Shown here piece after piece: positions 35,815-49,100 of a stretch of DNA of 64,000 nucleotides (position 1 is its first letter; each line of letters opens with the position of its first letter). The position numbers and the translations under genes are program-made. Source of the stretch: Takakia lepidozioides (taxonomy: Eukaryota; Plantae; Bryophyta); contig CM060733.1 of NCBI GenBank assembly GCA_030704615.1, forward strand, positions 10,850,001 to 10,914,000, written 5' to 3'. The notes under the pieces are model-generated. The model worked only from the letters and a program-made list of their open reading frames with translations, searched no databases and was not told where the DNA came from.

Positions 35815-38800
35815 TCACCAGTAATCTCCGCAAGAACAAACCCCATCTTGGAAGTGGTGAAAGCGGTTGGCGTCCCGCAGAACAACTGCTCTCCCAACAA
35901 TCTTTGAGATGAGCTTGGTGGCAGTGTGGCAGTCACCACACACCCTAAGGTTCTTCATGACGCGAATAGGCATCCCAGGGGGAGTGCTGATGAGCCCAAA
36001 AGCAATGGCCAGCTTCTCACTGTGGTGGTACAGAGAAGATTCCCTTTGCTCCTCCTCCACATCATGCAGTAGAAAGTGTGTCCCTGGCACATACCCGGCC
36101 TCCTTCATTTGTCCAGACAATCTCTTCAGCTCGGCATGGATTTCCTCAATTTGAGGGTGCAATTTATCTTCTACAACAAATGTATGCACCCGATTGTTGA
36201 CCTCAATGCAGCTGCGACCTGGCTCCTTTCTTACACCTCTGTCCTCCATCATTTTTCTCACCTTTGTTTTCTCATCCCGTCTGCCAGCTGCAGCATAAAT
36301 GTTTGAAAGCAGTACATAAGCTGCAGCATTCTGTGGATCTGCATTGAGAATGCTTTTCGCCACACGTTCTGCTAGCTCCATATCACCATGAATTCTACAG
36401 GCACCAAGCAAGGCCCCCCACACTGAAGCCTCCGGTTTGATAGGCATTGTGTTAATGAAGTTCTCTGCTTCATCCAGTCGTCCTGCACGGCCAAGAAGGT
36501 CCACCATGCAGCCAAAGTGCTCCAGTGTAGGAGTGAGGCCATGATCTGGAGTCATGGAATCAAACAAGTGACGACCTTCTTCCACTAGGCCCAGTTGGCT
36601 ACATGCTGAGAGAAGAGAAGTAAAGGTGACACCATTCGGCTTCAAGCCTTCCTCTTGCATTTTTTCAAACATCTGCAGGGCCTCACGGCCACACCCATGC
36701 TGGGCACATCCTGCAATCATCGCACTCCATGACACCACATCTCTCTTTGCCATACTGTCAAACATTTTGTGTGCATCCTCCAGGCTCCCACATTTCGCAT
36801 ACATGTCAACAAGGGAATTTTGAAGCATGATATCTGACACAATTCCAGCTTTGATGATGTTAGCATGAACCTCTTTGCCCATTTCCAGGCCTCCTAGACT
36901 TGCACATACATTAAGAATGCAAGTAAATGTGACATTATTGGGCATCACCTGTTCGTGTTGTAGTAGCTCATACATTTCAAATGCCTCCCTACCACAGCCA
37001 TGTTGGGCATATCCTGCAATCATGGTGTTCCATGAGACCACATCCCGTTTGGCCATATTGTCGAACACTTGACGTGCATCTTTCATACTACCGCATTTGG
37101 AATACATGTCAACTATGCTATTCTCTAGATTGACATATGACACAAGTCCAGCTTTTAAGATCTCATTATGAACCTGTTTGCCCTCTTCCAGGGCTCCTAG
37201 GCTGGCACATGCATTCACAACGCAAATGAATGTGATCCTGTCAGGTGTGACTCCCTCCTGTTGCATTTGCTTATAAATCACCAAAGCCTCCCTACCACAC
37301 CCATGCTGAGCATATCCAGCAATCATTGCACTGCATGAGACCACATCGCGTTTAGCTATGTTGTCAAACACTTGACGCGCATCCTTCATGCTCCCACATT
37401 TTGCATACATGCCAACAAGGCTATTCTCCAAATTAATGTATGGTACTACCCCAAGTTTGATGATGTCAGCATGGACTTGTTTGCCCTTTTCCAGGGATCC
37501 TAGGCTGGCACATGCATTAAGAACACAAATGAATGTGACACTGTCAGATGTCACTCCTTCCGCTTGCATTCGCTCAAAGATCTCGAAAGCCTCCTTACCA
37601 CAACCATGATGAGCATATCCTGCAATCATAGCATTCCATGAGAACACATCTCGTTTGAGCATACGGTCAAACACTTGATGGGCATCCTTCATGCTCCCAC
37701 ATTTGGCATACATGTTGACAAGGGCATTCTCCAGATTAATGTATGAGGCAATTCCAGCTGTGATAATATCAGAATGGACCTCTCTGCCCTTATCCAGGGC
37801 TCCTAAGCTTGCAGATGCATTGAGAAGACATATAAATGTGACTCTGTCTGGGGCCACTCCTTCCCATTTCATTTGCTCATAGAGTTTGAAAACCTTCTCG
37901 GCATGCCCGTGCTTTGCGTATCCTGCCATTATTATAGTCCACGTAATCATATCTCGTTCAGGCATTTTGTCAAACAATAGATGTGCATCCACCAGATTCC
38001 CGCACTTGGCATACATGTTCACAAGGGTGTTGAGTAGAAAGATATTTGGCTTGAATCCACTATGAACAATGTGGGTGTGCACCTGCTTTCCCTTTTCTAG
38101 GTCTTCTGTGTCGATGCACTCCTGCAAGAGACATACATAGGTCTTGGAGTCTGCCCGAATGCCTGATTGGCTCAAAATATGCAGCGCCTCTCTCAGTTTT
38201 CCTGCCTTACATAGTGTCCTCACATCCATAGAGATGCCAGAATGGTTTTTCTTGACTCCTTCTCTTCGGCCGCCCTCAAAAGTGGTCATGGTGGAGGTGC
38301 TGACCCTGCATGAGTCAACCCTGTTGGTCCTGCATGACTCAAAACCCTTGGTTGCAAACCTTTACCATACTGTCTCAAGGCACCTAGATTTTCAGAGACA
38401 GATAATTATTCACGAGGAAAGGCTTCTTGCTACACATTAACAAAATTACACAACCACTGCAGTCATCTGCTGGAGAATAAACCATACAAATTCTATCTAT
38501 CTGAGTCCAAGCCCTTGATACTCATCATCACATACCTGTCATGTTTTTCTCCTAGAATTCCATGGTGTGTAGTGACTTTAGAGCCATCACCGGATTGTGC
38601 TTGTATTACGTCAGTTAGTTCTGCTTTCACCCATGAGGGGTTCAACCTACTCTCAACCCAAAGGACCTGCTTTGAGCTCTTATGTCTGAAGTCTGGTGCT
38701 CTTCGATTTCTCTGACCACAACAGATGCACAGCTCAGCAGTTATAGCTTTAACCCCAGTCCAGTATAGATCAGGCTATAAACACCAGTGTCTCCTCAATT

Positions 38801-39647
38801 AACAGGCCAGCAAAAAGACTACTGATCCAACCAACAATCAGAAACTCTACAACAGGTATAACATACAAGAATCTCATTACTGGCAACTGAAACCATGATC
38901 CACTGTGCAAAATGAAATCAAACAAGATTCACTGCGGAAAAGGCCACTACCAGTATATCCTAGAAACTACAAATTATTGGGTAACAACTCACCTTATTAG
39001 ACCTGTTGTCCCACCACTGTGAAGGATCTGCCATGAAGTCCTCCCAAAGCCGTTCTATGCTTACTGCTTGAGCTGAGCGCAAACAACATATATTCAGAAC
39101 TTCAGTTTCTTCTTTGGGGATGCTAGTGTCGGCTTTCTACAAAATTAGTGCCTTTCCCTCTTCTGCCAATTTTTCAGTCGGCCTTCACTGTCAAACTGCT
39201 GCTCCACAGGGATCACAGCAATGTGGGTAAAATCTGTGACAGTTAAATAAACGACTAAGCTAGAATGCTTGCACCGGGATTTCCATAGGCTATGTGCGAG
39301 CTGGTCATAATATGCTACAGGGGTTATACTGATCTCCAAGGTAGTGAAGTTAGTACAACAGAATTTGCATACGACTAAAGTGATGCAAACGGGTGTCAAT
39401 TACGCTCGCATTCCTCTACAATCCTTGTATGTGCACTATGTGGACTCTTGGACCGATTTCTGCAAGGATGATGCGAGGTCAATTTGGAGCCTGGATTCAC
39501 TGCGACGCGTACAATTTACAGAATTGTAAGTAAATTCATCTCTATACCTTCCTCCGGGTCTGCTGAAGCCTGAGGAGGCGGGGAAGCCATCAGTTGCGGG
39601 GTTTTCGGTCCCGGAAACGCCATTTTGGATGCCAGTTTCAGCTCCAT
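35815..39647 (-). CDS. PPR gene E: complete PDF motif + PLS-E1-E2-DYW protein (5 S-P units), 4 exons
   Basis: Exons 39647-39548 (MELKLASK..., phase 1), 39072-38993 ([26 protein letters not shown]|gtgagt), 38711-38536 ([32 protein letters not shown], phase 2) and 38329-35815 ([18 protein letters not shown]...EPGRSCIEV...HSEKLA...CGDCH...CSCGDYW). The ancestral ATG near 39767 is out of frame. Confidence 0.9.
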
Positions 39648-40157
39648 CCCCTGGCCCTTTGATCTGCAGCATGATTTGAGGTCTCTCCCCGGTCCAGTGG
39701 CAGAAGCTTTATTAGGTTATGGCCTCCAGCTGCGTGCTTAGGAGAGAGCAGGAGCACAACCAGCCATCAGACCATAATAGCTCAACATCACTCTACCCAG
39801 TCGGCCACATTTTGGACCAAGTTTGATAGGAATTACCTTCACTAAGGAAAGCCTTTCACTATTACAAGCTAAAATCTGAATCCACAGGCCCGTCCAATGT
39901 GAGACCTGAGACCCAACAACCATCGCAAAACCCAGTCTCGAATCAATGAATGAATTTGACCTCACACTTCCAATTTGATTTGATGGCAGTTCATCATCTT
40001 GGCAGGGATACAGTATCGGTGTGATCGAGTCAGCATCGTTGTGGAGTACTTATCCAATTTGGTAGGATTGGGTTATAGAGTGGCCGGGATTCTGGATCAT
40101 GCAGCAGAAGCAGCAAGCTATCTTGATAAGCTCTGGAGTTTTTGAATTCATCGAAGT

Positions 40158-43100
40158 ATGCTTGCTCGAGGTGCGGAATATGGTATGGCCAGCATGATCG
40201 GATTGCTGGTGCTGCACGTCTTGTGTTTGGTGGTGTCGTATTCAGGAGGTGTCCAGGCTGGGAAGCCCATCAATGTGTCGTATGACCACAGGGCTCTTAT
40301 TATCGATGGGCAACGACGTATGTTAATATCTGCTGGAATTCATTATCCTCGTGCTACCCCCGAGGTGGGTCTATCTCTTCCCATTTGCTCTCCCTCGCTC
40401 CAAATATAAAAACATGTATGGCGGACTGAATATGCGTTGATGATGCTCCAGCAATGCACTGGCAACGGAAAAGGTCGGAACCCGCACTGAGGTTTAAGAG
40501 AAACTAGAACTTAAGCAGTGCGTAGGTGAACAGGTGCGTAAGAAAGAAGATCAATAATTTAAATTAGCTTGGTGCCAAGATGACAATGGAAGCTATGCAT
40601 TTGCATATAGTCACAAGCGGGGAAGTCCTTGTAGAAGGGACCTTCACGCATCATCTTTCATTTCTCACAAAGTGACGAAGTAGTTTGGCTTTGTTAGCTT
40701 GTAACCGATTAGAGGTGCAATGGCAAATACTTTAATTTGTCTCACCAATGAGCTAACGGTGAGCAAGAAGTCCCGGGTGACAGCCGCCTGTGCCTCTATC
40801 CTTTATGCTGGAGATGGTCGGGCCTCCTCATGTCACAGGTGATACCCTTGGTTACTGGGTCCAACGGGAACTCTATAGTAACTGGTTGAGCTGGACACTT
40901 TTCAGAGGAAAGAATGATTGATGTGTAAAGTTGGGAGAGCTTGCCATGGATTGGCTTGTGCTGCCCACAGTAGTATCTATCCCACATTTGTAATTTTACC
41001 TTGCTACCATCTTGTGGTCTTTTGACCTAATCAGGGCTTCCTGAAATCAATGCATATCCTTCAAAATCATTAATCTGGAGGGGTGATTGACGATATCAAG
41101 CACCGTCACTGAGCACATCATCTAGAAGGCAAAAAGAAGTATGCTTTAAAAGATAATGCTAATCTGTGCTTGAAGGCCTTATTTCTTCCTACATTCAACT
41201 AAACTTGCTTGATAGGCCTGCCAAAGGATTTTGGCCCCTCCTTAGAATCCACCCATGTGATCAATGGTCCTGCCAAACTTTTGCCCGAGTATACCTATTT
41301 CATGTGGGCAAGCTGCCTTCTTGCATGGAAGAGGACTTTGGGGCTGATGGAAAGTTTTAATGGTAACTGACAGATGTGGCCTGAGCTGATAGCGAACGCC
41401 AAGGAGTGGGGAGCAGATGTGATACAAACTTATGTATTCTGGAGCGGACATGAGCCTCAGCAGGGCATGGTCTGGTTCTTCCCTCATTCTCATGATTGCT
41501 TGTTTACCTGCAGCAATTGAGTGAAATGGGTTTGGCTGAGAGGTTGGACCAAGTGTGGCTTTCATGTACACCTTCATGTGGGTGGGTGCGCAGTATAACT
41601 TTGCGGGAAGATACGATCTGCCCAAGTTTGTGAAGCTGGTGGAGGAAGCCGGCCTCTATCTCAATCTGCGAATCGGCCCTTATGCATGTGCAGAGTGGAA
41701 TTTTGGGTAGACAATGCCTGAATTTATACTCTTTTATACTTTTTCTCATCCTATTGTATTTCTGAGATTTGTCCTTTGTGCCGTGGTTCCCCTTTTCTCC
41801 ATCCTTCTGTCCCTCTCTCCTCTGGGCTGCCATGTCTCAAACTTGGCTGTTACCTTTTGTAGCACAGTTGTTTTGCTATTTCTGCATGAGGTAATTTGGT
41901 TGCAAGTTGCATGGTCGGGAAATGAAGACGTGGCATGAATGAAATGGTTGGGTGCAGGGGCTTTCCAGTGTGGTTGCGTGATGTTCCCGGAATTGTGTTC
42001 CGCACAGACAATCAACCCTTCAAGGTGAGTTTGAGCCTCTAAAAGGATTTGGAGGCTTATTTACGCCTAGTATCATCCAGCAGGCTCAAGCACATGCTTC
42101 TCATATGTATGAAGGCTTGCATGATGTGATGCCTCCACATGGATTATTCATTTGTGGTACTGAGAAAAAGGATAAGAATTACTTGCCTTGTCGCACTCTT
42201 TTCAAATCAGTAGTCTGTCAGATTTGAGAGGGGTACTAATAAAGAGAGAAGCAGGACTTGATTCCAGCTGGATCTGCCTGCAATTGAAGGTGATGGGGAG
42301 TACAATGCAAACGTCCCTTTGGCAAGTTGAGCCTTGAGAAATAAGAGTAGACTTACCAGGGTTGTTTAATGCACTCTAGGAACGCAGCGGTTTCTCAAAT
42401 GAGAGTGGATGAGAGCTTTGTGCTCACACCTTATGAAAATACTGTGAGTGTGTATCTCAGTCTTCGGAGGCAGCTGCTTAAGGTCAATGCTCAGATGATG
42501 ATGTGATCTCCTGCCCAGTGTTTCTCACATGGAATGAGATGCCGTGTCAAAACAAAGTTGTGTACGCTTGCTTGGTCTGTTGTGAACACAGATTTTCTTT
42601 ACGCCAGCTCTAAATGCTGCACATTTGCAGTGCAAATCAGAGCTAGCTTGTAAACATGCTGACCCCTTGTAAGCAGAGAGGAAGGCATTGCAAGTTAGGC
42701 AGTTCATATACCTCAGCAGCCGCTTGCTTGTCTTGCTGGCTACAGGATGCAATGGAGGGATTTGTGAAAATGATTGTGAACCTGATGAAGGAACGACATT
42801 TTTTTGCTTGGCAAGGGGGCCCTATCATCTTGGCTCAGGTCTCTGTCTCTCTGAACACTGTACTGGCAGGTTGATGGTCTTGTCTATCAATCCCATTTGT
42901 GTCCAATCTGTATTTGTTGGTGAGCTACATTTTGGCAAGATTACCATCCTGATATTAGTAACTTGCAGCCAGCCTTTTGTTGGTTGTCTTATATCAATTT
43001 AAACTCAAAAAACACAGTCTTTTGTTAAATGTCCTGGCAATTTGATTTGGAGGCAGATAAACCTGTGGGAAATATAGTAGTCCAGAAGTGTTGTGGGGAG

Positions 43101-46100
43101 ATGTGCTAGTTGCGACACCCATCAGATAAGAATGTACTCATAAGACGTTGTTTGCCGTAGCCTTGTGCCCATCAGATAAGAGATGCAGTCAAATGCCAGG
43201 TGCATACTGCAGACATACTGCAGACATACTACAGACTGCATACCTTTGTGGGCATCATCCATGATCTTTGAGCTGGATTGTGGCCACAGAGTGTGTGATG
43301 TTGCCTGTCCTTCTTTATTGTGTTTCTGTCCCCTCATCTGATTAATCTTGACCTTAATGTTGTGTGTGTGATAAACGTTTGACGCAACATTTGGTAGTTC
43401 TAGTTTAGAGCTAGGGACAGTGTTATCGACATTAGACTGTATGCCATGTGCAGATTGAGAATGAGTATGGCGACGTAGAGGGTGAGTTTGGGGCGGGAGG
43501 GCGGCGTTATGTGGAATGGGCAGCAAGCATGGCACTAAGACTCGAGGCAGGTGTGCCCTGGATCATGTGTCAACAGGCCGATGCTCCTTCCTCCATAGTG
43601 AGAGTCTCCTTACATTTGTTAATTTCCTATGCTTTGTCATAAAAACAAGACTTCTCTGTTAACTTCTTGAGAACAGGGAGGTCGTGGAGTGCAGGAGTGC
43701 AGTCTAGAGTGTCTAGGAAGCAGAGAAACATTGGGGGTAAGGGGACTTCAATAACTGTTCTGTTGTGCGAATGTGCAGATCAACACGTGCAATGGCTACT
43801 ACTGTGATGGCTTCAAGCCTAATAGTCCTGATAAACCTGTTTTCTGGACTGAGGATTGGAACGGCTGGTATGTCCATTCCCATGCCTGCTGCTCTGGTGC
43901 TGTACAATGTCTTGGAAACAGGACCCCTGCCAAACAGACTAAGTCCTGGCAGAAGAGAGTAGAAGAGATTCTCAAGGATCTGAATCTGAATCCGCAAGTC
44001 TTGACCCATCTGACTTAGAGGCTGTAGTGTCCAAAGCCATGTCTGTTGCCAGGAAATTGTCTGATGAAAATGAAGTTAGGCAGAAAACTTCCCTGAACTT
44101 GTTTCCAGTCTGTGACATGGTGGAGGACATCATGGATGACCTCAAGGGTCTACCCACTCTCGGCACTAGACTGAAATTTAAACTCAGGGCGGGAAGCCTA
44201 CCTTTGAACAGCAAACAGAAGCAGAGAGTGCAATTGCCCGTTGTGTGGGCAACCTGAAGATAATATTCATTTCCTGATTCACTCTCCAGGGTTCTCTCAC
44301 CCGAGAGACGCTCTCCTCAAATCTATCATGGGAATTGTGCCTGTACCTCTGTTTACCAACTTCGAAAGTCTCGAGGCTGAGCCAAAAGCCCAGGCCCTTC
44401 TGGGGCCTAGTTATTGGGCAAACCACACACAGCAGATTGATGCTTGTGTGAAGGGATTTCTAGAGGATATCTGGAAAACCCGGATCAATGTTTTATATCA
44501 AGGTAAGTCTTACTACCGACGTCAGCCCCTGACAGAGGTAGGTTCCTTTGTGTTCCACTCAAACTGGGCGCGGGTCAATGGCCACAAGGCTACGGCAAAC
44601 AACGTCTTATAAGTACATTCTCTCTCTCAAGATTCTCAAGGATCTGAATCTAAGTCCACAAGCCTTGATCCTGCTGGATAAATCTGACTTGGAGGCTGTA
44701 GTGTCCAAAGCTATGTCTGTTGCCAGGAAATCATGTGATGACAATGACGTTAGGCAGAAAACTTCCCTGAACTTGTTTTCAGTCTGTGACACGGGAGAGG
44801 CCATCATGGATGACCTCAAGAATTTACCCACCCTCAGCAATAGACTGAAAAACAATCTCAGGGCCTGAAGCCTACCTTTGAACAGCAAACAGAAGCAGAG
44901 AGGAAAGGGGGATTGCAAATGCCCATTGTGTGGGCAACCTGAAGACAATATCCACTTTCTGATTCACCAGAAACATGTCCTCTTCATATCCATCAAGAAA
45001 ATTGTGCCTGTACCTCTGTTTACCAACTTTGAAAGTCTCGAGGCTGAGCCAAAATCCCACGCCCTTTGGGGCCTAGTTATTGGGCAAACCACACACATCT
45101 CTCCCTCGTTCTCTCTAAGATAAGTGTACCCACTCTCGGCACTATACTGAAATTTAAAGTGGAGGCAGGAAGCCTACCTTTGAACAGAAAACGGATGCAG
45201 AGTGGAAAGGGGGATTGCTAATGCCCATTGTGTGGGCAACCTGAAGACAATATTCACTTTCCGCATGCTTATGCTCATGCTCATGCTTACCGGCATGAGC
45301 CTCTGACAAAGGTAGTTCTGTCCCTTTGTGTTCTGCTCAAACTGGGCGCGGGGTCAATGGCCACAAGGGCTACGGCAAACAACGCCTTATTAGTACATTC
45401 TCTAAGATAATCAATGCTATTTCTTGGAAGCAAGACCGTCCTGTCAAACAGGCTAGGTCTTGGCGGAAAAGAGTAGAAGAGATTTCCAAGTATCTGAATA
45501 TTAGTCCAGAAGAATTAACCCTGCTGGATGAAGCTGACCTGGAGGGGGTTGTGTCCAAAGCCATGTCTGATGCCCAAAGACTGTCCGATGAAAATGAAGT
45601 TAGGCATAAAACTTCCCTGAGCTTGTTTCCAGTCTGTGACATGGGCGGAGACCTTAAGGATGATCTGATGCTTGTGACAATCCAAGTGTGGAAATAGAAG
45701 TTCTGCAGATCCAAATTCTTGAGCAAAATGTGAATGTTAAATAGTAATCAACTGCATAGTACCAAATTTCCACTAGCAGTCCTAAAACTCGCCATGGAAA
45801 TTAGTCCATAATATCTGAAGTTCAGTTATTGTCTTTAAATTCTGTTTAGCAGTAGTTCTGCACGTTCTAAGAGAGTTCATGTCTTATTCGGTGCCAAGGT
45901 ATCAGAATTGGGGGCATGCCATGCCACACAGGCCTGTGGAGGACAATGCGTTCGCAGTGGCGAGATTCTTCCAGCGTGGTGGCAGTTTTCATAACTACTA
46001 CATGGTACATTTGACCCAGATCATGTGGGACCAGATGCAATGATGGGGAGTCTATGCCTCACATGTTAGGTGAATAATTGATAAGACACTAGGAATACAG

Positions 46101-49100
46101 AAGGAGTTAGAGGAGGCTCATTTGGATGCAGGGAGTAAGAGCTTGTGTTTGGGATTGTGCTCAACATTCCCTTCTTCTAAGAATGATGTCAATGAAAAGT
46201 CTGTAGGTGGGTGCGGGATGGATGGTCATAGTTGAAAGTACGGATTAGTACTTGTTGCTGAAATAAACCTAGCAGTAGGATAAACTTTGGATGGGGGCTT
46301 GGAGATGGCAGTTCTTTGGAGGCACCAACTTTGGGCGAACTGCAGGCGGACCATACATTACCACCAGCTATGACTATGATGCCCCTGTTGATGAATATGG
46401 TGTGTTCATGAATGTGCCTCTCTCCTTGCCTACAGAAAAGTTGCAAGACTCAAGCAGCAAAAAATAGCCAATTCATGGTGTACTTGTGGTGAACGCATGT
46501 CCAGTTTGTCTAATGATTATTTTGTCCCATGCATTTTACTGGACAAAGGAAGACATGTAAACTTGGTTTTACATCAACGTAGGATAGATGATGTGTAAGA
46601 TCGGTGAAGATTGAGGAAACTGACTGCACCATCCACGCTAGCTAAATCCAACAAATGATGTTGGCATATGATGAAGTAGGCAATGCATGGGTGCAGGGCT
46701 GGTTCGGCAACCAAAATGGGGGCATCTGAAAGACCTTCATGCCGCTCTTAAGCTTTGTGAGCCTGCTCTTACATCTGTCAGGGGAGAGCCCATGTACATC
46801 GTGCTTGGCCCTCACCAAGAGGTTCCAGATCCGGCCCCTTCTCTCAGTATAGAGGCTCTCCCTTCTAGTGGATGTCAAAGAGTGGAAGAAATAAGCTTGT
46901 ACTCATTCCCACTGGTGTGTACTTCAAGCACCAAGCACATGTAAACACATAAGATCTTCATGTGACTTAGATTTCACGTCTCTTGGTGAAATCCTAATCA
47001 GTTTGTGTTGGAGTGTGGGTCGTAAGGTGAAGGCTGATATGTGAACAATGGGGCAGGGACATGTGTATGCAGGGGATGGCCAATGTGCAGCCTTCCTTGC
47101 CAACATTGATGAGCGATCAAGTGCTACTGTTCAGTTCAAGGGTGAACATTATGAGTTACCTCCATGGTCAGTCAGTATTCTACCTGACTGCAAGCAAGTC
47201 GTCTTCAATACTGCCCAGGTTAGTTGTTCTATCATATTCAGCAGCTCGTGCTCACATGCGGACTGTGTTGAACTACGCAGATTTGATGTCATCCAGTGAC
47301 TGGTCAACCTGCAGCTGAAGTGCTAATGCTCATTATATCTTGTTAAGGCAGTATGTACATACTGGAAGAGAAGAAGATAAGTCTTAGACTCGGGCATGGG
47401 TGTGCAAAACAGGTTGGAAGTCAAACAACAGTGAGAACCATGAGGAGAGTGGTCCCAAAGTTTTTCCCTGCTGCCAATCTGCTATCCAACATGCTGGATG
47501 AACGTAACTCAGGTGACACTGGGCAAGCTGAGCTTGCATGGCATTCGTACTTGGAACCAGTTGGGGCACAGGAAGGGCAGGGAATAGCTGCAAATTTCCT
47601 GTTAGAACAACTTAACACCACCAAAGACTCCACTGACTACTTCTGGTACACGACCAGGTACTCTTGGGCTCGCTGTTGGCCATCCCTCTTCCTGTATCTG
47701 TGTTCACCATCTGTGTATGTACTGCGGTCTTGGATATCTAGCTACATAAAAAGCAAGGTCAGTTATGTGCAAATGCAATAGCCAGCACTAGTTTGTGTAC
47801 AGTAGTCTTAGATTTTTGTTGTTGCATCTTTAAGTTAGCTTCTAGTACTGGGCCAAGTCAAATCTACTACTCCCTAGTATGGATGGTGAGCTATGAGCAT
47901 TTGGTCTTTTCCTTTTTGAGTCTGGTCTTTCGGGGGTTGTGCCTAACACTGATTCTACTGCATAGGTGTAGTTTGACATGCCATTTGTACAATTCTCGGC
48001 CACATGTTATGGTGGGGGATCGCTTTCATCATTATTATTAATTTCTGGCTGCAAAATCCTTGCTCTCTCTTCAATTAATCAATTACCTTTCGGCCTCTTT
48101 ATCTCCTTCACTCCTGAGGGCTTTGGGGCGGTTCAGGGTGGGCTCCCACAACCTACAGATAGAGACTGGCAGATGGGAAAACCTGCAGCGGGAGGACCGC
48201 CTATGTCCTGCTTGCACAGGGTGCAGCCAGGAAATTGAAACTGAAGAACACTTCTTCTTCTATTGCCCCCTATACTATGAGATCCGTGGGAGATTCCATT
48301 GTCTATTCCGTGGAACCCAATCTCTCACTGAAGTCTTCCACTATGAGGATCAGAAATGTTTGGCAGCCTACCTGCACGAGGCATTCACCCTTAGACAATC
48401 ACTCGAACAATAGTTCTTTTCTCTGACTCTGGTTTTCCTATTTTCTCTCATGTTCTTCCTTCCATTTGTCCCATGAGCTCTATGAGCTTTCCGCGGACGT
48501 TATAAAGCACCATTTCATTTCATTTCATTCTCTCTCTAAAAAGAAAAGCTCGCGAGATTGTAATGAAACTCATGGTGTGTGTCATCCTGGTCTAGCTCTC
48601 AATTCTTGTAAAGTGGTCACGGGTGTGGGCTTCTATGGTTTCTTCAGCACAAGCAGTGATTCACATGGCGCAAAGGGTATATTCTTTGCTTTGTATTGGG
48701 TAAACAAAGTGAGCACCACGTGCAGATAATTTTGTGTCTATCTCTATCTCTTAGCTTCCTAGGCCATTATAAAAGATCTTTCATCCAAGTACCTGGTGTG
48801 TGCAGTTTCTTGTCCTTTCCTCTGTTCTGTGTATGTCTCTCCCTCAAATCATTGTAACGTGAGACTGTTGAAGCATGCAGTCATGGACATTGGAGAAGCA
48901 GGAAAGGCTAGTCGTTTTTGGAAGTTTGCATGGGGGCCCTAAATGGACCTGTACTTGTTTTTGTATGGAAAAGTGTTCTGGTGTCACAAGGGGATGTGGA
49001 AATTCTGAGAAACATTGGGGTTCAGCCACGTTTAGTGCTGGAGGCGGTGCGTGATGCTGTGCACGTTTTCGTAAATGGAAAGCTGGCAGGTGCTTTTCAA

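Noticed and set aside
22640-36240. Possible U-to-C editing (DYW:KP) or catalytically dead DYW domains
   Set aside because: B-E have PG-box-like sequence, HSE(K/R)LA, CGDCH and a terminal DYW, as expected for canonical C-to-U enzymes.
21062-37882. Many repeated antisense ORFs (MLPHLAYM..., AYPAII...)
   Set aside because: They are reverse-strand shadows of the PPR repeats.
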